A DNA stretch of 64,000 bases from Trypanosoma brucei (lineage: Eukaryota), in assembly GCA_000002445.1 (NCBI GenBank), contig AE017150.2:992001-1056000 (forward strand). The letters run 5' to 3'. Of the stretch, positions 21,084 to 30,501 are shown piece by piece. Below the pieces are notes generated by a model. It was not told the origin of the DNA and searched no databases. It saw only the letters and a list, made by a program, of their open reading frames with translations. Both the position numbers and the translations under genes were made by a program. Every line of letters starts with the position of its first letter. The first letter of the stretch is position 1.

Positions 21084-23114
21084 TCTTCATGCGTGTGGGT
21101 TAGGAAGCATATTATCATTGTACACGACTGGACACGCTTTTCTGGGGGTGGCATCCGTTGACCCAGCAGAAAAAGTGGTGTCTGTCAATTGCATCGTTAG
21201 AAAGTATGTTTGTACTTGCGCTATTATTATTATTATTATTTTGTGATTAGTACTAATTATCCTGAAGTGTGTAAAGAAAGGCTATTAAATTTCAGAGGAC
21301 ACCAATTCTCGATACTGTGCAGAAGTGCGAGTCGTGCTGAAATCTGCACTTGTTGGTGTGACGAAAGTAGTGGTGCCTGTTGAGCGGCGTTACACTCCGT
21401 TCAGACGCATCGCCAACCTACTTTTTCCTTTCTGTTCGTCACGTATGTTTTTCCACCTTTCCTTTTTCTTTGCACGTGGGGGGAGCGGATTAAACACGTG
21501 TCAATATTAAAATAACTCCATGAATGAAGCGGTGAGGTTGGGGGTTGTATCCGTGCGTCTGTGAGGGGTGTAATCAAAAGTGTCACAAGACTCTTTTCCC
21601 ACTGGTCTACTGCATTTGGCAGAATAATTCTTGTTTCTAACAAAGTAGGCAGATGCGATCAAAGATCAGCCCTCTGTCCGCTTTAGTTATTTGTTACTTT
21701 TTCTCTTTGTGTTTCATTTATCGCTTTGTTATTTTTATTCTCCTGCGGAGGCTCCTCCTCATGTGTCACGTCACATTGATTCTTTTCGTGAGGGTCGAAG
21801 CGGACGCGGCAGGCAGGTTGGGCGCAAGCCCCTCATCCTTTCGTCTGAGCAGCACCATGCGACTGTTTAATATGAAACAGTAAGTGATGAAAACGACGAA
21901 GAAGTTCCACCGAGTATGACAATTGTAGCAGCAGTCCTTCCCAATACCGAGTTTTATTTTTCACGGAATTTCGCGTCCGTTGTTTTACCAGTTATTTTAT
22001 TATTCCTCCCTCTGCTGTACTGTACATTCCCTGCTGTTTTTTTTTCCTTACTTCATTATCCTCTTTCTTTTTGCCCTGCAATATGTGTAGACAGTGGGTC
22101 TGCCGTCGGCATGCTGATGAGAGACCCGCTCTGCACTCGTATTATTTGTTTATTTTTTCGTTGGGAGTTACACAATTATCCTCAGTGTGTTGTTTTTGAT
22201 TATTTGTTTTTACATCCCCGTGGTAGTGTTGGTGATCCATTGGGGTGCATCCTGCACGCCTGACGGATGTGTATGTTTTCCACTCCATTACGCGCCCTTC
22301 GCTTCGAAGCTGGGCAAAGTGACTATGTTTCCCTCTTCCTTCCTCTACCACTCCTTCACCACGGCAGTCCCGCAGCTGCAATTCAAAGGCTCACGCTAGT
22401 CGATTACAGATCAGAGGACGCTCCGTAATGCTTCTTATGCAAAACTGAGTCCTTCGCAGGTCAACACCTGGCTGACTTGCAAATGCGATGTTTTGCTGGT
22501 GTGCAGTTGCATCTGCGCTAGTCACCGTGTTATCCCTGTGCCCAAACTGCGTGTGTGAACGGTAAAGAATCATGTTGGCAGGGAAACAAACATAGTAGTG
22601 CAGGGGCAGTGCGGTCCGAGGGATGTGTGAGTACTTGTTAATCTGTCCTCGCTCCCACAACTGTATAAATGTTCCTTCTTATCCGTCGAAGAGGTGTGTG
22701 GATAAGCGATTAGGGGGGGGGTGTGGAAGGAAATGTTTATGTTAAGTGGTACTTTCTCATCTTGGGCATCGTCTGCCTGTCGTTCCTCCCTTCCTATAAA
22801 CCCCCTCCGCCTGCTCGTAGTTGATATTGTGTACCTCTTACATGAGCATTGTTATCATGTGTTGCCCGTCGTCTCATCCCTGTTTTATGCTAGTTAGGTT
22901 GCTAACCTGAGGAAAGCACTGTTGTTACACCGCCGCCACCACCACTGCATACATTCAGGGAGCCTACATTAGAGGCGAACCTGCGCGTAGTAAGAGCGGA
23001 AAGCGAGTGGTCAAACAAGTGAAGATAATATACCTGACTGAAAGGCACTGTAACTGCAGAAGTTGGAAAAAGGGGCGGGACTGTGCGCAACAACAGCACC
23101 GTACGTGTGCTCCG

Positions 23115-23759
23115 ATGCTTCCGCACTCTCAGCCGCTGGTGCTCCCAATGGAACCCTCCAACTGGGCAGTGATGCCTCCGACGGGGGTGGAAATGCCCAT
23201 GGAGCCCGGAACGTTTGAAGATATCTCGACAGCGGGTTGGATAGGCCCTCGCCGGAGGTCGTTCTGCGGACCCCAGACGGAGGAAGAGTGGGAAGACCTG
23301 ATGATTCACCGCAGCTCCTTAAGACGTGAGAGTGGCCAAGGCACCGGAGTCGGGCTATCCGGGTCGGGCTGCCTTCTGGGAACAGATGATCCTGACCGTG
23401 ACGTTCTGTGTGAGTATTACGGTGACATGGCAAACCGAGACGAGAAGGTGCTCAGTTGTGGCCTGCGCGGTCAAGAAGGCCGAAGGGTATTGGGAAATAA
23501 ACCACTGCGGCAACGGCCCAATGGTCCAATGCGCGAGCGAACCAACTACGGATCACTGGCTAGTCGCCGTCAGCGGGTAATGGAGGAAGGTGGGGTGTGG
23601 GGCGACGTCGAGGTGTGCTGCGTCCCAGTCGAGCCGTGGCACCCAATGGACATGGTGTGCCTGGGAGAAGAAAGGCCCGAAGATGTGTGCGTGCTGCGGC
23701 AGACGGACACAGAGTTATATGGCACTGGGCGGGCCTTCGCGACCGATGGGAAGCCATAA
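23115..23759 (+). CDS. Hypothetical small protein (214 aa from first ATG), GC-rich, in the 4.4 kb interval between paralogues 2 and 3
   Basis: ORF 23007..23759 starts at GTG; the first ATG is at 23115. The region is covered by several overlapping antisense ORFs, the usual signature of a GC3-rich sense gene. No recognisable domains. Confidence 0.3.
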   Translation: MLPHSQPLVLPMEPSNWAVMPPTGVEMPMEPGTFEDISTAGWIGPRRRSFCGPQTEEEWEDLMIHRSSLRRESGQGTGVGLSGSGCLLGTDDPDRDVLCEYYGDMANRDEKVLSCGLRGQEGRRVLGNKPLRQRPNGPMRERTNYGSLASRRQRVMEEGGVWGDVEVCCVPVEPWHPMDMVCLGEERPEDVCVLRQTDTELYGTGRAFATDGKP

Positions 23760-24622
23760 GTAAGTAGTGAATGACGGCTATTTTCCAGACCGCCTCCCCA
23801 GGAGGTTTGAAGTATAGGAAGGGCACAACGACCGTTGCACGTACAGAGGCTCTGAGGTAAGCGATAGGTCATATGCGTCCGTGTTTGCGTGTGTACTCGT
23901 CTCGGTAGGACCGTTGGGGAGTTGTCGACGGACCCTGTGGCTAGTTTAGAGGTGTGCTCACAACCAGTTAACAGTAGTGCAAAAGAAGGTGAATTCCTGC
24001 AGCAGGAAGTTATACATGCGAATGATGGGCTAGTAACGTACAGTGATTGACATGAACGGGTGGTAGTTGGGGAGGGGGGGGGGGTTGCTGTACTGTGGTG
24101 CCAAACACCCTGGTGTTTCCTGGCATATCTATTACCCTACACACCGCTCCCTTGTTGTGTTTCTTCTGCACTTTCAAACATACAACGAGTGCCACCAAGT
24201 ACTGCCTATGGGGGCGTTCTCCTGTATGTAGCGCCATACCCTTCGCATATTGATTTCCTTCGACCCAAAATTCTCATCGCGTTTGTACATAACCCTTTTA
24301 TACGTCTCTTCCTTTATTAACATTACCAGGGAGGACGGTGGTTTGTGCTATTAATTGTGCCTTCTTGTGATTATTTATTTATTTATTGTGAAATGACTGC
24401 AGCCTGTTGCAACTACGTTGCTTATGGTGAGCTTCGCAGCTATATCAAGAGGTGTTTGAGTCGAGTGGAAGCGAATCCTCTGAACCAATCACTATACAGC
24501 CAGCTGCCCATAGTTAGGGAATTAAGTGGATTGACCATTGCTCCAGATGTTAGTGCCGTCCACCTAGTGATGTCTACTGCCTTTCTTTCGGAACCCTTTC
24601 CATTTGCTATTTCTATCAATAC

Positions 24623-24625
<3 letters not shown>

Positions 24626-24664
<39 letters not shown>

Positions 24665-24666
24665 TA
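24626..24666. repeat. (TTA)n microsatellite (~13 units)
   Basis: Direct reading. It produces poly-L/poly-Y/poly-N runs in the spurious ORFs 24345..24725+, 24604..24804+ and 24440..24709-. Confidence 0.9.
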
Positions 24667-25504
24667 TTCTCCCCCTCTTTTCTTCCCCATTGTACGTGCG
24701 TATTCCCATGTATTGGTTTCTTTGATTCGAGTTGTCCCGTTTTACTTCCCTTTTTTATTCAGCGTATTTTTAGGGTTAAAACGCTACCGAGCGTGTGGTG
24801 GTAAACTTTACTCTCCCAGTTGCGTGCTCACTGACCGTCGGGCATTGTTTTCATGTGCTGCTCAACTTTATCGCTTCCTGTTGATCTCTTTTCCCGGTAC
24901 CTTCTCTCATAGTATCGTTATGGTTAGGGAAGTCAAACAAGCGTCTCATTATACACCATCGGGGTGGACCGGAAGTGCTTGCTTTGTGTGATACACTGAA
25001 ACAACAATTCAACCCAGTATCACTGGTTGGGGCGCATTTCAACGTAACAGCGTCCGCTGCTCGACTTGTTGCAACCTACGGGCTGTACAACAGGTCCCGT
25101 CACTACGCAGCGAGTTGCCCTATCCCCTCCTTCTACTGGTCTTGTGTGATTAGAATGTTCATGGTCATCATACCGTTTGTAGGGCTGTGATGCCATCACG
25201 GTTGTGTGGCCGTGGACAGCGGCACTGTGTTAAACTCCACGGCCCACTCGTTACCCCGCTGTGCGTAGTGAAATGGTTTGTCGTTACCTTCCGCTATGGT
25301 TGTGCGTACTGTGGTTATCAATGATGGGCTTGCCACTGAATCACACAGATATGAAAGGATTTTTGCGATTTTTTTCTCTTCCCTCTTCCATATTTTGGTT
25401 TACTCCGTACAAACAAGGAGTGAGATTGTAAGGCAAATTTCCGTGTGACACGAGGAAGTTGTGTAAGCCACCCAGGTTTGGCCACGTGCTGATAAGCATT
25501 TGTA

Positions 25505-27799
25505 ATGTCCACGGTACAGGCAGCCGCCGCCGCACCAACAGGATCGATCCTTCAGTGCAGAAGTTCAGCACCGAAGTCGAAGATGGGAGAGAATGAGGAA
25601 AAACGTGGTGGCGCGAGCGAAGGAACTACACACACACAGAACCTTGTAACCGTTGACACTGCTCAGACCTCCCAACCATCCGCCACTCGACCACCAGCCC
25701 CCACGAGCGGCTTGGGTCAGGTGATCCCGATCTCACCACCGAATGGTCAATTGGGCAGCCGCAACACCGTACCACCTCAAAGACAGGGGTTGTTCCAGGG
25801 ACAGGGAGTCATGGGAAACATGCAGGAGCCTGCCGCAGGAGGGGGTGCCTATTGGGGGACAATGGGCGGGTATACGTATGGTGTCGCGCCGACGGGGTCT
25901 GCATCTAACGCATTTTATCCATCAGCAAGAAATGGAGGCTGTGTCTTCCCACCGCTGCAGGGGAGGATGGCCGGCTACCCCCCAGCTGTTCCGCCGCCGC
26001 CGAGTTTGTTTCAAGGGCAGTTTCCCTCCGGGGGCAGAGGGATTGTCGCCACTGGTTGTGGGGCACGGAGTGTGTGTGGATACGCTCTCGACGGGTTTGC
26101 GCGTGGCGGACGCGTGCGTCAACATACCACGGGAACGAGCGCACATGAGGGGGCAGTGTGTGAAAGTGTGCACGGACCTGCTCTGGGTGACGTGTCCAAC
26201 CCCCTCCCTTACTCAGTGTATGGGGAGGGTCATGCTTTTCCGTCGTTGCCAGGGAGGCTTGCTGGGCACTTGCCTCAACGGAGGAACTCATTCCAGCAGC
26301 AAGGGTCATTCCATAGCCAAAGGGAGCTCGGTGACCTGCATGCATCCGCCGCGGGAGAAAGTATCTATGGTGGATGTGGTTACGCCCTCAGTTTTCGTTG
26401 CTTTGTTCCCGGAACCTCAGACACGGGAGTATGTGGCTCAGCGGTGCATGATTCTTCTTATGGGAACCGTAATGGTATCTCACAGATGGGGAGCATATAT
26501 GGCAACGGAGTGGGTCGTGTGCCATCACCATTGAGGACCAGTTTGTGCCCCGTCATCGCAACCATCAAGGACCACGTGCCGCTGCAGAGAAGTGGACTGC
26601 GTGGTGGGAATGTTGTAGCCGTCGGGGCGGCCAAATGTGGTGGTGAGGGCCGGTCTGCGGATGAGCTGAAACCTGTGCTGGCTTCCCCTGGGAGATCCCT
26701 TGCTTCCCAGAGTGAGTGTTCCCCTGCCGGTGATGACTCGAGTGCACAGACCCTTGTACTCGAAAACTACAACATTCACTCGCTCGTCATTCTCGATAAG
26801 GATGAGGGACCCTCAGATAAGGTAGTTGTGACTGTGAAGGACCCTCGGACGGTGGTCTTCAGACGGAGCGATGGGGGAGAAGAGGAGCATGTTAACGATG
26901 AGTGCCTTGAGCGTAGCGAGGCGTCGGCATATGTGAACTCTGTGTTACTCAACGACCTCCGACTGAACTGGATAGCTGGCCGTACCTCTGCACTGCTTGT
27001 GGGGGCTGGGAGGAACTGTGGAGATACATCGGTGACTTTTGCGGGTGATTTTCTCCAAAGGTGCCTTGAGAGTGTGGAAGGCGCCAAGGAGAAGTGCAAG
27101 TATTTCGACGTAACTATAACGCTGGGTATGATGGAATCCTCTGACCGCATTCTTGATCTCCTCGACACTGAGAAGAAAGGCTACGAAAGGGTGCAGCTTG
27201 CATCCAATCCCGTGTACGGGCCGTGTTTGCTTGGGATGAAAACGAAGAAGGCAACCTCCTCTAAGGAGTGTATGGAGGTGTTTAACAGTGCTATGCAACT
27301 CGTTGATAATCCAAAGCACCTCATCGTCGGTTTTTTCGTCCTGAAACAACTGAAGAAAACTGCCAACGGTGGGGATGTATACCTCTCTTCGTTATGCATT
27401 GGGCTCGCTAAGGAAGAGGTCTCGCGGTTTGCCGCGTTGAAGGAGAAGGACACGTCCGAGCCACACCGGCTGTTCCGATACGCGATCGGTGGCGGCAGTG
27501 TTACAGTTTCCACCCTGATTCTCTCTCAATGTGACACGGGCGCTAGCGACAGTCTCGACGTCGAACGCAGGATGCGGGAAGTGAAAAACACTCCACCGCG
27601 GATCGGTAGTGTGCTTCGGTGTGTGGAATCAGCGAAAAAGGAGATAAACAGACAGCAGGAGAAGATGAAGGATATGGACAGCACCGGGAAGGAGCCCACG
27701 GCGAGACTGGTAAGCCGTATGGAGTCGATAGTAAGGGATGCGGAGGAGATGCTGGCTAATCCGATTACCACAGCGCCCAAGGGATACCTCATTGTTTAA
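25505..27799 (+). CDS. Pseudokinesin-like protein (764 aa): Q/G/P-rich low-complexity N-terminus plus a single degenerate kinesin-motor-like module; third member of the tandem family
   Basis: ATG at 25505. YFDVTITLGMMESSDRILDLLD has the kinesin f.v.vSylEIYnE.i.DLL shape. NPKHLIVGFFVLKQ stands in place of SSRSHai. LFRYAIGGGSVTVSTLILSQCD resembles LLQDSLGGN.KT.MIA.ISP. KNTPPRIGSVLRCVE follows, and the C-terminus is MLANPITTAPKGYLIV. Confidence 0.55.
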   Translation: MSTVQAAAAAPTGSILQCRSSAPKSKMGENEEKRGGASEGTTHTQNLVTVDTAQTSQPSATRPPAPTSGLGQVIPISPPNGQLGSRNTVPPQRQGLFQGQGVMGNMQEPAAGGGAYWGTMGGYTYGVAPTGSASNAFYPSARNGGCVFPPLQGRMAGYPPAVPPPPSLFQGQFPSGGRGIVATGCGARSVCGYALDGFARGGRVRQHTTGTSAHEGAVCESVHGPALGDVSNPLPYSVYGEGHAFPSLPGRLAGHLPQRRNSFQQQGSFHSQRELGDLHASAAGESIYGGCGYALSFRCFVPGTSDTGVCGSAVHDSSYGNRNGISQMGSIYGNGVGRVPSPLRTSLCPVIATIKDHVPLQRSGLRGGNVVAVGAAKCGGEGRSADELKPVLASPGRSLASQSECSPAGDDSSAQTLVLENYNIHSLVILDKDEGPSDKVVVTVKDPRTVVFRRSDGGEEEHVNDECLERSEASAYVNSVLLNDLRLNWIAGRTSALLVGAGRNCGDTSVTFAGDFLQRCLESVEGAKEKCKYFDVTITLGMMESSDRILDLLDTEKKGYERVQLASNPVYGPCLLGMKTKKATSSKECMEVFNSAMQLVDNPKHLIVGFFVLKQLKKTANGGDVYLSSLCIGLAKEEVSRFAALKEKDTSEPHRLFRYAIGGGSVTVSTLILSQCDTGASDSLDVERRMREVKNTPPRIGSVLRCVESAKKEINRQQEKMKDMDSTGKEPTARLVSRMESIVRDAEEMLANPITTAPKGYLIV

Positions 27800-29718
27800 G
27801 TTTCACTCCACCCGCATTCATAGGCGGCAAATGAGAACAGGGTTGAGGCCCAAACAAGTGTTAGTAGGTGGATGTGCGTATGTGTTCGTTCGTTGCTGCA
27901 TTAAGCAAAGCGAACTAGTGTGCACGCGCGGAGGCGAAATCGTAGGAGTCGCGAGAGTTAGATTCACCACAATCTTTGAACTTTCTGGTGACGCAAACCA
28001 GTGTCCACAGTAGGAACTATTTCGGTGCTGTCGTGACCAACTGCGCTGTGCACGCGAGTCCCATTTTCTTGGGTGTTGATAACTTTTGCGCGCTTGCCGT
28101 ATAAGGAGGTAGCGCACGCAAACAAGAAAGAATGAAAACGAAGGTCCAAATTCCAGGGTCGGTAGGCATTATTTATGTTTTCAAAGGGGTTTATGGGTGT
28201 ATACCGAATACCAAACTACCGTTCGCGGCGCTCAGGCCCTCGCTGCGGTCCTCACAACAGCACCCACGGGGGATCTGTGTGTAGACCCGTGTGGTGCCGA
28301 AACGAATGAACGAAATGTCGTCTTCCTCATATATATATATATATATATTACCTTGCAAAGCTGGGTTTGCTATATTCTGTTCTATTTTTAGTTCATGCTT
28401 GAGTATGTTAACTGCCCTTCCCCGTAGGACTTTGTTTTGTTTTGTATTTGCCTATAATGGAGGGTCCAATCGTCCAGTGCTTGGGGATGGAAGAGGATAT
28501 TTTATTTTGTACAAACTTTCTTCACAGTCATTCCTTTATGCACAAGGACTCATAGTAGCTGCTGCAGTCAGATGGCTGGCACCATTGTGGGCGCTAAAGC
28601 CCTTCATCGTTATTCCATTAATTAATCTATTTTTTTTATTTTTGTTTCTCCTCTCTGCCTGATGAGGCTCAATTGTGCCGGTACATCTTTCAATTTGTTG
28701 TTTGTCCCAATCATAACCCACGCGTGGGGTACCGTCATTCGCGTGTTTGGGAAAAAATGCAGTGTTTTATTCGACCATGTCAGACTCGCTGGGATTGAGC
28801 CGATGCTAGCGTATACTGGAGCTCCTGTAATGTGACCTCGCGACTCTCTTCCCTTTCCTCATCTTAACGGTAGACAAGGTCCTGTCAAAGCTGGCAGGCT
28901 CACGAAGGCAAGGTGTGGGTTCCGTTGGTTACATGCGCATAAGCAACTTTGTAAATTTTGTATTTTTTGCAGTGCGCTTGTGTGCGAAGCTTTCACATGT
29001 ATGTACGTTTAGTCACTTCTTCGTCGGTTTGCACTAGGTAGTAATTGGTGCAGATCTCTAGCTTTGCTGGGTGTGGAGGTGTTTCTACGAAAGGAATGTG
29101 TTAAAACAATTTTACAATTAATTTCTCCTTTGTTATTTAAAGGAAAGGAACTACTCTATTTTTCACGTGCAGATGCAGTGATCACAATCGAAATGTAATG
29201 TTGTAGGGGGAAAGGAGGGGCTTCCTTCAAAAAGTGAGCAATCGGGGTGTTGGTCTTGTCATCACTTGAATGAAGATTGGCCGCTGTCCTTATTTATTGT
29301 CGGTAACGAGGAGATTGTGTGGCACCCTTTTTTGCAACATATATTTACGTATTTGAGCTGTTTCTAGTGGCGTATGAGCGAGGTGAGTAAGAGTTTTCCT
29401 GAACGGGAGATACGGGAATGGAAATTGTGAGGTTGATGCTTGTTATCTTCTGTCCTCGTAGTTGTTCGCAATTGGTTCTCTTTAAGGCGGTAACTGTGTA
29501 TGTGTCCGTTTGTTTGTCTGACGTCTTTCTGACTCTTCCACTGCCGTAGGAAAGGAACGGGAAATATATACTTTAGTAAATAGATATCACTCTTTAACCG
29601 GTAAGGCGTCGGCTGTATCACTGTACGTCCCCAAAGGCACAGTTACTGGGGAAGGAAATAAGCACCACTCTTGAGAGGAAGAGGCCCATCAACAGCAAAT
29701 ATTTGTGGTACTGCGACC

Positions 29719-30501
29719 ATGGCGGTACTGAGCGAAGATGTCCTCTTATACCTCAAGGAGAAAAACATCCCCATGCTTTTTGAGCAAATCGTTCAGAATA
29801 TCATTTCCGATGCCCCGGAAAGGCCAATGAGTTACATCGGAGATCTGATGCGCCGCGGCATCCCTTTGCAAATATTCATTGCTGGTCCCGCCGGCAGCGG
29901 CAAGCGCACACAATGCAAAAACATCGCGGACCGGCTCGGTGTGGTGTTAATCTCTTCCGGCCAGGTTCTTACTCGCGGCGTGGAAAGTGGCAGCGAGACA
30001 AGCCAACTGGCACATTCCTATGTTTCACGTGGTGAGCGGGTGCCGGACACGCTGGTGTCAATGATAATGAAAGACCGATTGTCGCAAAGCGACGCGCGTG
30101 AGAAAGGTTGGTTGGTCGAGGGCTACCCACGCAACGCACAACAGGCACAGGCCGTGGAGGAGTGTGGTGTGATACCACAGGTCTTTATACTGTTGGATCT
30201 GCCTGAAGATTTGTCCTTCAGGCGCCTTGAGCATCGCCGCTACGACCCCGCCACCAATAAAGAGTACCACATGCTGGATAATCCACCACCGGCGGAGGAT
30301 GTCGCGTTATGCGAGCGGCTCGTGCAGAGGGATGCAGACTTTCATGAGTCAATCGCGAAGCGCCTGGCACAGTACTACGAAAGCATTGAGGGCGTTAAGA
30401 AGCACCTCGGGGCCGTTATTGAAGTAGTGGATGCCAGAAAATCTGTTGAGGATGTTGAGCGGGACATACTTGCCGCGGTGGAGAAGCACCGCTTTCGCTA
30501 A
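29719..30501 (+). CDS. Adenylate kinase (long-LID type) with a ~45-aa N-terminal DPY-30/RIIa-like extension
   Basis: ORF 29671..30501 starts at TTG; the first ATG is at 29719. P-loop IFIAGPAGSGKRTQC; GYPRNAQQAQA; LID segment RRLEHRRYDPATNKEYHMLDNPP. The N-terminal extension VLLYLKEKNIPMLFEQIVQNIISDAPERPMSYIGDLM matches the DPY-30/RIIa docking-helix pattern. Confidence 0.85.
   Translation: MAVLSEDVLLYLKEKNIPMLFEQIVQNIISDAPERPMSYIGDLMRRGIPLQIFIAGPAGSGKRTQCKNIADRLGVVLISSGQVLTRGVESGSETSQLAHSYVSRGERVPDTLVSMIMKDRLSQSDAREKGWLVEGYPRNAQQAQAVEECGVIPQVFILLDLPEDLSFRRLEHRRYDPATNKEYHMLDNPPPAEDVALCERLVQRDADFHESIAKRLAQYYESIEGVKKHLGAVIEVVDARKSVEDVERDILAAVEKHRFR

Noticed and set aside
8506-27799. Calling the three paralogues active kinesins
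   Set aside because: The P-loop (GQTxSGKT), switch I (SSRSH) and switch II (DLAGSE) are all replaced in every module, so only the fold, not the motor activity, is supported.
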